Assembly (NCBI GenBank): GCA_002269645.1
Contig: NIVC01000272.1
Coordinates: forward strand, 372,001 to 436,000
DNA from: Macrostomum lignano
Lineage: Eukaryota
Direction of reading: 5' to 3'
DNA length: 64,000 bases
In this document: positions 23,180 through 35,395 of the stretch, piece after piece
Layout: every line of letters starts with the position of its first letter
How positions within the stretch are numbered: position 1 is the stretch's first letter
The notes under the pieces: model-generated
Database searches by the model: none
Told to the model about the DNA's origin: nothing
The model's input: only the letters and a program-made list of their open reading frames with translations
Made by a program: the position numbers and the translations under genes

Positions 23180-23707
23180 ATGGATTCGACAGATCAGAAG
23201 CCAGAACTGTGTGGCGAGACAATGACGACGGAGAAAAACGATTCAACGAATCATCTGCCGGCTGTACTGCAAGTGAAACGATTGCGGGAAACTGGTGTGC
23301 TTCCGGTGCGTCTTACCCAAGGTTCCATCGGCTACGATTTGTCTGTCATCGAAGACAGGTTGATTCCTGCACACGGCCGCGCGGCTGTACCGCTCGGAAT
23401 CTCTATTCGCGTTCCGGACGGGACCTACGGAAGGATTGCACCGCGATCTGAGCTTGCAATGCGTGGCATTGATGTTGGTGCGGGTGTCATCGACCCGGAT
23501 TTCGCCGGCGAGATTGCTGTGATTTTTTACAACCACAGCTTTGAAGACTACACTTTTAAGGCTGGAGAACGCATTGCCCAGCTGATCTTGGAACAGGCAC
23601 TGGTGGTTCCGGTCGTGCTGGAGGAGGCTCCTGGAGAGTGCTGCTTGATTGTTGAACCCAAGCCCCGCAAGCGCGGAGCTATGGGCTTTGGTAGCACCGG
23701 TCGATAA
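23180..23707 (+). CDS. dut: trimeric dUTPase
   Basis: GSIGYDL, GTYGRIAPRS, GVIDPDFAGEI, GERIAQL, RGAMGFGSTG; motif 2 reads RSE rather than RSG. Confidence 0.95.
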   Translation: MDSTDQKPELCGETMTTEKNDSTNHLPAVLQVKRLRETGVLPVRLTQGSIGYDLSVIEDRLIPAHGRAAVPLGISIRVPDGTYGRIAPRSELAMRGIDVGAGVIDPDFAGEIAVIFYNHSFEDYTFKAGERIAQLILEQALVVPVVLEEAPGECCLIVEPKPRKRGAMGFGSTGR

Positions 23708-23857
23708 ATGAGCAACAAGAGCAACAAAAAGACTTTAAAAATTTGAGAAACCTCAGATTAAATACACAATAACCACGCTTAAAAGCTATATGCAAGGGTA
23801 TTTTGTCTTGTCTACTATCGATTTTTTTCTTTTGCTTTGCTGGTACCGATATTTTGG

Positions 23858-24277
23858 ATGGGTAAAAAGTTAGTTGAAAAGAAGAAGAAAACTAAACTCG
23901 TATCAGGCCGAATTGATTCCAAAAGTAGAAGTTCAAAACAGAAGCAAAAACGAGGTTCCGGAATAGTAAACTGGTTAATCAACCATTTGCCTGTTGAGGT
24001 CCAAATACCTGGCTACCGTTTCTGTGGTTTCGGAACCCGCCTACGCCAGCGTTTATCGGAGGGACAACGCGGGGTTAATCGTCTTGATGATTTGTGTCTG
24101 ATCCACGACTTGGCCTATTCGAAGCACAAGGGGGTAAAGGAACGCTTGGAGGCAGACCGGGTTCTAGAAACCGGTGCCCGTGAGATTGCACAAGATCCAA
24201 AAACACCTTTCGGTGAAAAGGTTACTGCCAAGATGGTATCAAAAATGATGTCCTTGAAACAGAAACTGAGTGCCTAA
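23858..24277 (+). CDS. Polinton PLA2-like protein
   Basis: IPGYRFCGFGTRL...GVNRLDDLCLIHDLAYS...RLEADRVL; basic N-terminus. Confidence 0.85.
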   Translation: MGKKLVEKKKKTKLVSGRIDSKSRSSKQKQKRGSGIVNWLINHLPVEVQIPGYRFCGFGTRLRQRLSEGQRGVNRLDDLCLIHDLAYSKHKGVKERLEADRVLETGAREIAQDPKTPFGEKVTAKMVSKMMSLKQKLSA

Positions 24278-24278
24278 A

Positions 24279-24864
24279 ATGACTGCTGCAACGCCGGAGA
24301 CATTCAACTTGCAATTGGCACACGATTCCTCGTTCATTATTGCTGGCCCAGCGATGTCTGGCAAGACCGAGTGGACCCTGCGACTCTTGAAGGAACGCCA
24401 TGCGATGTTTGACAAGGCTCCAAAACGTCTAGTTTGGTGTCATGGGACCGATTTGTCAGCGACGGAACAGCAACGTATTCGAACGTTTTGGCTAGACGGA
24501 GGCGACAGTCCAATTCACTTTGTTAGAGGATTTCCAGACACGCTGGTTAGCCAACTTCAGGAGCACGATTTCGTGGTAGTGGACGATTTACAAAGCGAAG
24601 TTGCTAAATCTACAGCCTTGACTGGCATGTTCACAAAATATGCACATCATATACCCTTAACGTGTGTGTACCATTGCCAAAATCTATTTAATCGGTCGGA
24701 TCCAGAGGCGCGAACTCGGAGTCTATCAGCTAGTTATATTTGTCTCATGGGGAGTGTGCGAGACCGATCTGCCGTTGAACACTTGAGTCAGCAAATGCTC
24801 AGTCGGGGCAGTAAATTCTTGGTTCGTGCCTACGAGGACGCCACTGACAACAAACCGCATAGCT
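24279..24864 (+). pseudogene. A32-like DNA packaging ATPase, 3'-truncated by the inverted-repeat junction
   Basis: Walker A IAGPAMSGKT, Walker B VVVDDL, QNLF, AYEDAT; after KPHS the frame runs into antisense sequence of the repeat arm. Confidence 0.9.
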
Positions 24865-25867
24865 GTTTGCGGAGGGCTCACCAGAACCTTGACCGGAGGG
24901 ACCGGCTCAGCCGCGCCCAACCTGTCGTGCTGCTCATGCTCCTTCTTTTGTTGTTGCTTCTTAGTGCCAGAAGAGCGACGGGGTGCAGCTGGTTTCTTGG
25001 CTTGCTGTCTCCCCAACGAAGTCTGGGACTTCTTCTTCCCAGGTTGCTCTTCCTCTTCTCCCGACCCAGTGGATAGTTTGCGCTTTAGCTTGGTCGGATT
25101 CTTGGCTAGCTGTCGGCGGAGTCCAGCAAACAGATTTAGGTTGCTTGGGTTCCTGTCCATTAGTACGATAGATCGTAAAGCGAAGGAGAGCTTCCAGCCG
25201 GTCGCAATCCGCGGTCGAAACAGGGACGTCGCCTGAATGGATAGGTGGTAACGGCCTGAGACCCCCTTAAATTCGCTCGGCGCGGCTTCCACACCGTCCG
25301 GATGCGCAGGGTCGTTCATTCGAAAGCCGAGGCAAGCGTACGCGGCCTTAAGCGGTACCCACTGCACCGGGTTGTAGTCTGCAGAAGACCCTTCCGTCGC
25401 GTGGCGACATGGCTGTTTCGTTGCGCGAAACAGTATCTTGCAGACTGACTTGGCCTCCAGCTCAATCTCGATTATGCGCTCCACCGATCTGCAGCAGAAA
25501 ATAGTTTGGCAACTTTTTTAAATGGCAAAAGTATATATTACAGTACATAGACATTTAACAAAAACGCAATCTACCTCAAAAGGTCGAACAGAGTTTTGCA
25601 AAAATCTTCTGCGAAAATAGGCAGGGCGACTTCGTCTCGAGGTTCGGCGTTGGGTGAGGTTGAATGATCCGACACGCTGCCCCTCTCATGAAGACCCTTC
25701 AGCAGTTCGATCTGGTCCTTCGTCTGAAGGACCACCGGGTAGCGTCTTTTCTCTCCTGGTCGCGACCAAGACACCGATCGAAAAAAACATTCACCGTTGG
25801 TTGTCTCGTCACCAATATGGATTCTTGCTCCGTTCGTCAGATCTATCTTCTTGTGTGAGAACCGCAT
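24865..25867 (-). pseudogene. inverted, 3'-truncated copy of the two-exon gene at 15466-16601
   Basis: Same exons and intron; C-terminus replaced after VSPPQT by antisense ATPase sequence. Confidence 0.6.
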
Positions 25868-26816
25868 CAGAGAGAAACGTTGTCATTGCTGTTCCGAGGT
25901 CGACAGGTCGTCGTCTCGAGGTCGGTCCAGTAGTTCTTGCTCCCTGGGTTTTCGACTAAAAAATCTGCTTTCTTTTATAGAAAATTTTGTTGGGGTGGGA
26001 CTGCATTCCCACCTCATCAGTAGTCTGATTGAAACAGCTCTGGGAATCATGCGGTCACCACCTGCATATAGGCGGCGTTGAAAGTGTCAATATCACCGGA
26101 AGCTAAGTTAATTGACTGGACGGATACCATGGTAACACCATGGCAACAACAGCAGAATCTAAGAGCGACCATCAGATTCGCTCGGTTGCATGCGTCCAAA
26201 TCTACATAAGCTGCTTAACTTCAGAAAAGTTGTTTTAATTAAACCAATGCTTTTGTTTATCACTGCTCATGAGAACCTGTAATTAATCCTAATTTATGGA
26301 AGCCAATTTATGGAATCATTCTTTATGCAATCAATTCGTTTTCGTAAGAACCTTTAATTAAGTCAGGCATCAAGTGAACATAAATAATGTGGTTGATTGC
26401 CTGCATAATTAGCTGGGTGTTTCTCCTTAATGAGAGAGCCATGTATATATGGTATATATGTTAATAAAAACTCCAAGGTCTACAAGTCTGTCCTTCATTC
26501 GATCGAGCTCATTGACAACTTACTTTTACTACGGGCTGTTGAATCGTCGCGATGGACAAGGAATCAAGACGTAAGGAACTTATCGAGCGGTACATCAAAG
26601 AAGAGAAAGCTAGAGAAAGCATTACAAAATATTACCACCTGCTGAAGCGTATTGCGTCATTGCAGTCAATAAAAATTATAGATTATTAAACTGGCCACGG
26701 TTAAAACATGAGAAATATATTTGTTATAATTGGAACTGCTACGCTAGCCACTGTTAGAACAGTAAAAATCGGGTCGTTATAGTTAAAAAAAATAAGCCCA
26801 TCGTACTGCTCTGCGA

Positions 26817-27341
26817 TTACACGATTAGACCGACATCAGAGCCCTGTGGAAACGTTGGTAGAGACGACGAGCGGGGTGTCGAGAATCGAACAGTAGGAGA
26901 GCGAATCGGTGTGCACCAAACGGATATTTCGGTGTTGGCCCTTGGGATCGTTTGTGTGGCTTGAGTATTGTCATGATGCGGACGCGAAATAGTGCGCATC
27001 AACTTTTGCTTGTAGCCGCGTTTGCAGAGACAGTATACGGCAGTGCTAGCCAACAGGAGCACAAGAATTAGCGCGAGAAAACCAAAGCTGGCGCTTTGCG
27101 CGTTGGAAACTTTCGAGATTCGTTGAAAAACTTCGCTAATTGAGGCGATTGCAGCCGAACTGTTGTAGACTTGGATTTGCGAGGAACGATGCTCTGCTTC
27201 TAGCGTTTCGAGTGTGTTTTTTGAAGCTTGGGCTAATTGTCTCACTGATTCTTGGAGTTTTTCGAAAGCTTCAGTATTCTTTTGCAGTGCTTCAGACTGT
27301 CGATTTAATATAATGGCTATTTTCTGCATTTGACTTGACAT
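26817..27341 (-). CDS. second copy of the coiled-coil/TM protein
   Basis: Identical translation to the left-arm ORF in the ORF track. Confidence 0.65.
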   Translation of the reverse strand: MSSQMQKIAIILNRQSEALQKNTEAFEKLQESVRQLAQASKNTLETLEAEHRSSQIQVYNSSAAIASISEVFQRISKVSNAQSASFGFLALILVLLLASTAVYCLCKRGYKQKLMRTISRPHHDNTQATQTIPRANTEISVWCTPIRSPTVRFSTPRSSSLPTFPQGSDVGLIV

Positions 27342-27965
27342 AGTGTTTACAAGTAGATTTCTTGCCACTGGGTTGAATTCGGAGCACTGACTTGGCTTCG
27401 CTATCTTAAACTAAACCGGTTGCAGTAGACTTCGCTTTTAAGGCTGGCTAGCGCACGCTTCTCATTGCGCGAATCGAAGGGTGGGTTATTTTGATTCCTA
27501 TGCGCCACTGTGGGTTGGGGGGAGGGAGGGTCGTTCCTCTCTTCGTGCGGGGAGAGCACCGTACAACTTCAACGTACATAGGGTCTCTTTTTGGGCGAGA
27601 GGGGGTGTGTGCCTTGAAAGACTCTTCGCGGGCTCGGGCATTGTACAGTCGGCTGTACACACAAATTGTTGATATGATTTTTTCTTGGCAATTTAGACTG
27701 AGAGGGATGTGTGTAGAAGATGGGTAGCACGGAGTGTAAGATATAACTAGAGAGAATGAGCGAGAATTCTAAACAGCAAGTGTGTATACAGTGAATGTGG
27801 CTACTGCAAAACAGATTATGTGTAATGAAAACAGACGGATAGCGTCCTACTTGTTTTCTATTTAAAACATATCGGGCTGTGTGTTCAATAAATTTTCTGA
27901 CAGATAGTGTCCTATTTGTTCTATAATGTAAAATTCGGGGTTGTGTGTAATTTCCTATTACTACT

Positions 27966-29340
27966 AAGGGTATCGAGTTGTTGGTCATACATCTGGCGTA
28001 ATAATTCGTTTTAGAGGGGTTAAAATTAAGTGTTGATATTTGAGTAAATAATAAATTTGAGTTTCTAATTCTAGTGTGCTCAGCACGCCAACGAATGAAT
28101 ACGTAAATCAAATAGTCACTATAGTCTTTTACTCTCCCCCCATCTCCTGACATCATTTGTCTAGGAGTATGGGAATTGTACTTCTTTCGAACTGTGTCCG
28201 CGAGCGTCTCATCATCAGCTTGTACGCTCACTTCCTTACTGAACTGTTGCCTGTGTTGGCGTTGCGTTCTCCACGGATCACTTGGGCCGTGTGCACCTGG
28301 AAAGATTCTTGCGTCGGATCGTCGATTTTCCTTAATCTGACGGACGTGGCGCTGTTTCTTTTCACGATTTCATATGCGCCCGTGAACTTGGCTTGGTGCT
28401 TTCCCTGTCTCATTGGGATCTGAAGCATAACTCTGGTTCCAATAGCTAGTGTAGGGGCCATTCGATTTTTGTTAGCTCTGCCGGTATTCTTTTCCTGGGC
28501 CACTTTGAGATGGTGTCTGGCTATTTCTCTAGCCAGGGTAATAGCTTCTTGCATTCGGGCCGCATAGGACGGTTCATCCATATATCTTACTAGATTCAGC
28601 TGAGTTTTGAGCTCTGTGGGCATCAAGGGGTTTCCTCGCGAAAACCAATTCGAAGGGAGAATAGTTTGAAGAGGATTGCTTGGCTGTATTGTAGGCATAG
28701 ATTGTGGCTGATAAGTATTTATGCCATTCATTTGGATTTTCCGCCGTGTAATGTCTAAGCATGTTTGCAGAGTAGAGTGTAGTCTCTCTACATGGTTTGC
28801 TTGCGGATGGTAGGTGGACGAGAAGATGTGCTTGACTCCCAGAATTTCTAGAACTTCAGCTAATAGTGATGCCGTGAAATTTTTTCCATTGCTTGCGAAA
28901 ATTTCTATCGGGATTCCAAACATACAGAAGACTTGGAACAAAGTTTCGGCTGTGGTTTCTGCTGGTAGATCTGGATTGGGAATGCAAAGGCGAATTGTGA
29001 AAAACAGCATAGAATAGTCAAGATGTGGGTGACTGTCTCGTTCCGGAGTTTTGTGGGGACCATGGGTCCCTACGAGATCTACTGATAGATTTCGGGCATT
29101 TGGATGAGCCCCTTGTGTAGTTGGCCGAATTTGTTCTTAGCGCAATCCATGCAGTCTTGACAAAAGGTTCGAATATCGGAAACCATTGAGATCCAGAAAT
29201 AGTGTCACCAAATTCTTTCTAGGTTTTTTTCGAATCCTAGGTGCGCTGCTAGTGGTAGTGCATGTAACGAGTGGCAGATTGTTTCGCGAAACTTGAATGG
29301 AAGCACTATTTGTTGGGTGTGATCTGCTGTCCTGTGAATG
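27966..29340 (-). pseudogene. pol: integrase region, PPT and LTR stub of a different Gypsy family
   Basis: Decayed H...H...CQDCMDC finger, FGIPIEIFASNGKNF, STYHPQANHVERLH, FTGAYEI; purine tract GGGGGGAGAG near 28135-28145. Confidence 0.8.
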
Positions 29341-31089
29341 ATTCCGTGATAGAGGGGTTAAAATTAAGTGTTGCCTGCTACCCCTCTGCCACGACAGGCA
29401 GAAACTTCGAAGAACTGAGACAAGTCCTTTCTTAGGTTTGAGCTCAAACTTTACTAAACTCGGCAGTGGAGAGCCTCGGCTCTTCCAATTGCATTGTATT
29501 TATAACACTCAGCATTGTGCTCGGGGGCAGTGTTGGGGTGGTGGCGTGATATTTTTCCGCCCCACCCATCTTATTTGCTTTTTTGCATAGTTAGCTAGTT
29601 AGATGGATTAACACAGAGAGGGCGCGCATGGTCTGCGTGGCTGTTTTAGTGCTGGCAAATGGGTGGGTCTAACATTAAATATCTATGATAAGTTTGTAAT
29701 AGCCTTCGTTTGTAAAACGAAAGATCCTGCCGAGCTGTAGGCCGTTTGCAAAGCCTTGCTGACCGCGCCGTTCAACTAGTTTATTAAGGTTGGCAATCTG
29801 TACAAGCACCGCGTCGATCGTGAATGCTCCTGCTCAAATTCTTCTAGAGAATTCTCAGGCACATGCTCGCCGTTGGCCTTGTAGGCCTGCGCAGCTCGTC
29901 CAGAGTCTTGTTGATTTGCGATTGCTTGTCGGCAGTTTTTGCTATTCGACCGATGATAGTTGGCTTCTCGATGGGTGTCCGAGCAATTGCATTATATTTA
30001 TCGGCCCAAACATTCCAATTGCCAAGATCTTTACTAGAAAATACTGCCTTAATGAAGTTCTCCAGATTTTCGATGTAAACGTTGTCGCCTGCTCGCATTT
30101 CAACATCCATGGCAAGATGCAAAGATTAAGCAAGTCAAAAATAAGAAATTGCTGCATGCTCTGTAAAGGTTAACTGGCGCGTGAATCACATAACATGCTC
30201 TTTCTATAAGGCTGACCTTAAAATTCCCACAAGGAACTTCTTTTTTCCTTGGGTCGAAAAAGGAGAGGAGAGAAACGTGTCTCGTTCACTTTAAACTCCT
30301 TTCCCGAGAGCACCAACCAAAACAAAAATTAGGAGTTGTGAGTACTCCGCAGAGAATCAATCGTTTGTCGAAAAAAAACTACAATTGCTTAATGATTTCT
30401 GCAAAGTTATAGTAGCTGTCGTAATCTTAAACGTAGGTTACTCCATACTTAAGAAACCAGTGGCTTTGGAGAGCTAGATTAATATTAGGGACATTGATAT
30501 CAACGCCGGGCCAATATTTTCTCATGTAATCACTGCATTCTAGTTTGCATCGGTACTTACTCTTGTAATTAGACTCGTGCGCTTTGTAATAAAAACCTGG
30601 AGAGACGATTGGAAGCATTTTTATTAAGAATTTAATTTTTTTCGGGGATGAGCACCCTGCGCTGAGGATCTGGTTTAGCGTTGCGAAATGAATGTGGGGA
30701 GAAGAATACATATTATTTTCTGATTGTTTCGAAGATGCTATGGGTGGATGTCAGTGGATTATGTAGGACACCTGTTATGCTCTGATTCTGTCAGGGATAA
30801 TATGGATGGATTTAGGAGGATTATGTTCGAAGTTTTCGGAGCAAGTGCGACTCCCCTTTTTTCTGATTCTGTCGGGTATAATATGAATGGATTTAATAGG
30901 ATTATGGAGGACAATAAAAAAATTGTCTCAAAAGCCCCCTCATGCATTCTACTGAGAGGAAATGTATAATTTATTGTTAGCTAATAGAAATGTTTCAGAC
31001 TCTTATTCAAAGGAAGATAATGATGCAATGAATATCGCCGTTACAATTAATTGACGATGCTAATGGGCACGTAAACAATGTGTACACAA

Positions 31090-31676
31090 AAATTGAAATT
31101 GACACTAAGATGTATTCTAAAACTGAAATTGACACTAAGATGTATTCTAAAACTGAAATTGACACTAAGATGTATTCTAAAACTGAAATTGACACCAAGA
31201 TGTATTCTAAAACTGAAATTGACACCAAGATGTATTCTAAAACTGAAATTGACACTAAGATGTATTCTAAAACTGAAATTGACACCAAGATGTATTCTAA
31301 AACTGAAATTGACACTAAGATGTATTCTAAAACTGAAATTGACACCAAGATGTATTCTAAAACTGAAATTGACACCAAGATGTATTCTAAAACTGAAATT
31401 GACACCAAGATGTATTCTAAAACTGAAATGGACACTAAGATGTATTCTAAAACTGAAATTGACACTAAGATGTATTCTAAAACTGAAATTGACACTAAGA
31501 TGTATTCTAAAACTGAAATTGACACTAAGATGTATTCTAAAACTGAAATTGACACTAAGATGTATTCTAAAACTGAAATTGACACTAAGATGTATTCTAA
31601 AACTGAAATTGACACCAAGATGTATTCTAAAACTGAAATTGATACTAAGATGTATTCTAAAACTGAAATTGACACT
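31090..31676. repeat. 30-bp minisatellite, about 19 copies
   Basis: GACAC(T/C)AAGATGTATTCTAAAACTGAAATT in tandem. Confidence 0.97.
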
Positions 31677-31910
31677 TTTTTTAGCAGAAAGGCAAGGTAC
31701 TGTGGGGGTACAGAGAGTTCGAAATTAGTCAATATTCTTTCATTACTGACTTCAAACGCTTTCCATCCTGACATCAAAGTGACCGCTTCTCATAACTCTT
31801 TAGCAGCATTTCATGTTGCAGATTCCAAACCCATCTTCAGAATGGAGCAGTAAGGAGTTCGCTTTAGCACACTAGAGAGAGGCAGGGAAAGACAGAGAGA
31901 ACGAGAAGAG

Positions 31911-31913
<3 letters not shown>

Positions 31914-32002
<89 letters not shown>
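31914..32002. repeat. (GA)n microsatellite
   Basis: Direct reading. Confidence 0.97.
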
Positions 32003-32006
<4 letters not shown>

Positions 32007-32099
32007 ATGTCTAGTGTCTAAACGCTCGAACTCCCACTTCCAGACCCTAGGCCTGGGACCCCTATAGAATGCATTAGGTTTGAGCCTCGAATACCATAT

Positions 32100-32252
32100 T
32101 CAGAGTTATAAATTTAAATGTTGCAAAAGATGATCATTTGTTGCTTTCGTGGTCTTAAAATTTGCAATTTTTAGCTTTTGAGTTTTCACGTTTTTACGTT
32201 ACTACTTACCAGTATAGTGACTTACTTTGTACCGTACCTGGAGATCTCCACA
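32100..32252 (-). mobile_element. fragment of the RING-Gypsy LTR start, no PPT
   Basis: TGTGGAGATCTCCAGGTACGGTACAAAGTAAG...GTAAGTAGTAACG resembles the LTR start at 40862. Confidence 0.55.
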
Positions 32253-32639
32253 GCAGCGCAGATGACTCAGATTTAAAGTGGCTTACTTGAGTGGCACATT
32301 TTTGTTTCTATTTTAGTAGGTGAAAAATAAATGAGACGAGAAGACACTAATGAGTATCTGTCCAAAGATAACAATGCGCTCGTGGAACACAATAGTGGCG
32401 CGCTTTTTATTCAATGAGATGGTATGCATTTTGCCGCTTTTTCCTGTGAGTAGTGAGAAAAGAAGTGTTGCTTATTTTGTACAATATTTCTTCGTTTTTT
32501 ACGAAATCTTCATAAAAAACTTTGGCTTAAGATGAATAAAGAAGAAAACTTTTTCCTACTACTCACAGTAGAACACTATTAATTCAATCATCAAACAATC
32601 AATTAAAATGCGCAGTCTTTGTATAGCGGCGCATTCCTG

Positions 32640-33540
32640 AGAAGAATCAGTCCACACTATTCATGAGATCGTCTTCATCGTCTTCATCGTGACCTCCAGT
32701 TGCTGAGCTCTAAAGAAAATGTATTACAGGTAAGTTAGTAATGGCATGAAACTTTATTGTAAAAAGCTGAATCGCTTCTTACCAGAAGCCGCACAGTTGA
32801 AACCGAGAGTACGTCATCTTTTCTGGTTGTTTCGTCCGTACGTCAACTGTCCAAACGGAAACACTCTTCTCCTTGGTTTTTCCATCACTACAAATATACT
32901 CTACTGTCTCGTGTGAAATTTTCAAACACTCGCCAAACTCTTCATCTTCGTTACTGAATCTCTCTATTGTTTTCTTGTATTTCACAATTGTTGATAGACA
33001 ATAGCCAGAAAAAATAGAGCTGGGAATTTTAGACAAATGTCATAAAAAGTTGTGTGATCAAGAACCTTTCGTTTCGCTCCAAAGTCCTCTGCGATATTTT
33101 CCTTGGTGAGAGTTCGTCTCGAAAATGATATCGTTCTGGCCAGTTCAAACTCTCTCAACGTCTTTAAAGTCTTCAGCAAGAGCTTCGGAAATTAAACAAA
33201 AGTGCTTCTTGACTTCGTCTATATCCTTTGACTCTAGATCGTTTGCCAATTCGTCAAAAAGTTTGTCAAACTGTCGACTGTCAATTAGTAATCCCCAAGA
33301 ATTGAGTTTTACAAGCTTCTCTCTAAGATTTCGCAAAAATATGCGCTCTTCACGATCATTACTGGTAGCTCTTTTAGGCTTTTTAGCTTTTAGCTTAACC
33401 CCTTCCTCCAAATTGGAGATCCGGGTTTTGAACTTGCGTCCCTCTTGCGCCTCCCACTTAGTAAGAGCTTTAGTTAGTCCAATATCAGTTCTAGTTCGTA
33501 GTTGCTTTGATTTCTCTATAGCTACTTCTATATCACTCAT
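32640..33540 (-). pseudogene. unknown gene, disrupted; homolog of 3850-4642
   Basis: Across a frameshift reads FYDICLKFPALFF/SGYCLSTIVKYKKTIER; GTAAG donor near 32781 and TTCTTTAG acceptor near 32710. Confidence 0.4.
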
Positions 33541-34999
33541 AGTAAAATACTTTCAACACAGAGATTCAGAGGAATCGCTGTGCAGGTATTTATATGGAAG
33601 CTTTTTTTAGTTTAGTTGTTCTGTGTGTTAGCCATCCATTTCGTAGTGGGTCATTGTGTCTTTTGTTAAAAACGAATAGAGGCCAGTGAATGAAACCTCA
33701 TGCAACATACTGGGGTTAAAAACGAATAATTGTAACGCACACAGGTTTAGAGAAGAGTGACTCACTGCAGAAGCTTTGGATTGCGCATTTATACGCAGTT
33801 AACTAGTTTTTGCTTGCTTCATTGAATGGTTTACAAAGAAAAATTGGTTTACTGAAAACCATTTTTATAATGAAAAAAGTAAGTAATCTCAAATCGGATG
33901 ACACTTTCATATTGTTTATTCTTGAAAATAGATTATATTAACCCCCAAACCACACATTTCTTATGGTTTTACTCACAAATGGTTTTACTCACAAATCTCG
34001 AAAATGGCACTTTTGCCAAATATTTGAAAATCACAAAAAATGAGGGCATGAGATGAGGGCACCCCCTTTTTTAAAAGTGTAAAAAATTCTAAAAATCTGT
34101 GTTCAGCGAAATATACCACATGCCAATGCCCCCTCCATGCCCTCACCCTCATTGCCCCACGCCATGTCTATACACCCTCTTGCAACTCTGACCTCCTGGT
34201 TGTAGTTGAATGGTGTAAGGGGGTGAGTCATCTAGTGAGTGGCGCGAACTGCGCCCGAACGATCAATGTGGCCCAACCCCTTACATCATACTACTACTTA
34301 TGTAGCGGATCATTTTTTGCTTCCGGGGCGCTCCGTTGGGGTTGCCCCAGGCAAAGATGGAGTGGGTCTGGAGAGACCGCCAGCGGCTAGTTGATGTTGG
34401 CTCATAGTCGCCCCCCGGCCATGCCCTTCTTGGGATTCGGACGACTCCCCCTTCGGGATCCGTGGTTCCGGAAGCCACGGATCGCCCGCCGTCGAGGTCT
34501 TCCTCTGTAACCTGCGTCGGGGCGTCCACCTTCATGCACGGTTGGCCTTGCACCGTGACATCTCTAAAACGGATGCCCGGCCTTCTTTGATACGCATCGT
34601 AGGCTGTGTAGGTGCGCCACCCACGACCGGCCATTGTGCGGGAATAATTTCGGCTGTTAGTTAATTCTTGTTTTGGCATTGTACATACGTGGCTAGCCAA
34701 ATGTACGCGGGTGAGGGTTGTGGGCCTCTGCTGTTTTATTTACGGCTCTTACCCCTACTGGGGGTGGGGATCGTAGGATGATCGATTTTATTGGGGTTTT
34801 TTTCTCTAGGCCTACTATAAACTTTGCCGCGGGAGTTTCATCGGCGCTGGCGAGGATTGATTAAACTGGATTTGCTCGCTCCTTAACTATCTACGTCTTT
34901 GTGGGCACTATGTCGCAGCATGCTATTCAACAGTTATCTGAATTACTCTCGGAGGTGGAACGGATGGAAAATTCTATTGATAAGAATCAAAAGATGGAC

Positions 35000-35240
35000 T
35001 TTGTCTCTTGACCGGTGGGGTTTTACATAGAAAAGGGTGAAGCTTGGATCGCATTTAAATTGACATTTACCATATAGGTTGAAAACATGTTTTTTGGACT
35101 ATGTTGATGGTCACTCGCTGTTTACGTGATATTGCATGTATTACTAAAAATTATTACTTTGACGCATGTTAATTTTTAAATAGTATTCATAGTTTTATCT
35201 TACTACTTCTAGTAGGTTATGAGGCTTGGAGACTTCTACA
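35000..35240 (-). mobile_element. LTR start (U3 part) of RING-Gypsy copy 2, preceded by PPT 35241-35255
   Basis: AAAAAAGGGAGATAT then TGTAGAAGTCTCC; blocks such as GTCACTCGCTGTTT and TTTACCATAT are shared with 7380-7620. The far end could not be placed. Confidence 0.6.
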
Positions 35241-35395
35241 ATATCTCCCTTTTTTACGAAAAATTTCTCCCGAATTTACGTTGGGACTTAAAGGCGATTT
35301 ACAGTAGGCAAGCGGCTCATTAATGATATGGAAAACGTTATTTGATATATTCAATATATTGACATAATATTAAACCGTAATAACCGATTGTCGCG

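Larger units (their letters stand above)
11965..27965. mobile_element. Polinton/Maverick-type unit, 16.0 kb, defective (no integrase, protease or capsid genes seen)
   Basis: Begins AGTAGTAATAGGAAATTACACACAACCCC and ends with its exact reverse complement ...TTTCCTATTACTACT; contains pPolB, A32-like ATPase and PLA2. Flanking 6-mers (GATGTA / AAGGGT) do not form a TSD. Confidence 0.88.
24865..27965 (-). repeat. right arm of the long inverted repeat; lacks left-arm 13444-14728 and two subterminal units
   Basis: Reverse complement of 11965-16468 with scattered substitutions; deletion junction at 26603/26609. Confidence 0.95.

Noticed and set aside
24865-25076. Hydrophobic C-terminus of the ATPase (LLMLLLLLLLLS)
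   Set aside because: It is antisense read-through into the inverted-repeat arm past the breakpoint.
31007-31853. Long repetitive ORFs (KMYSKTEIDT, ISVLEYILVS)
   Set aside because: By-products of a 30-bp tandem repeat that is stop-free in several frames.
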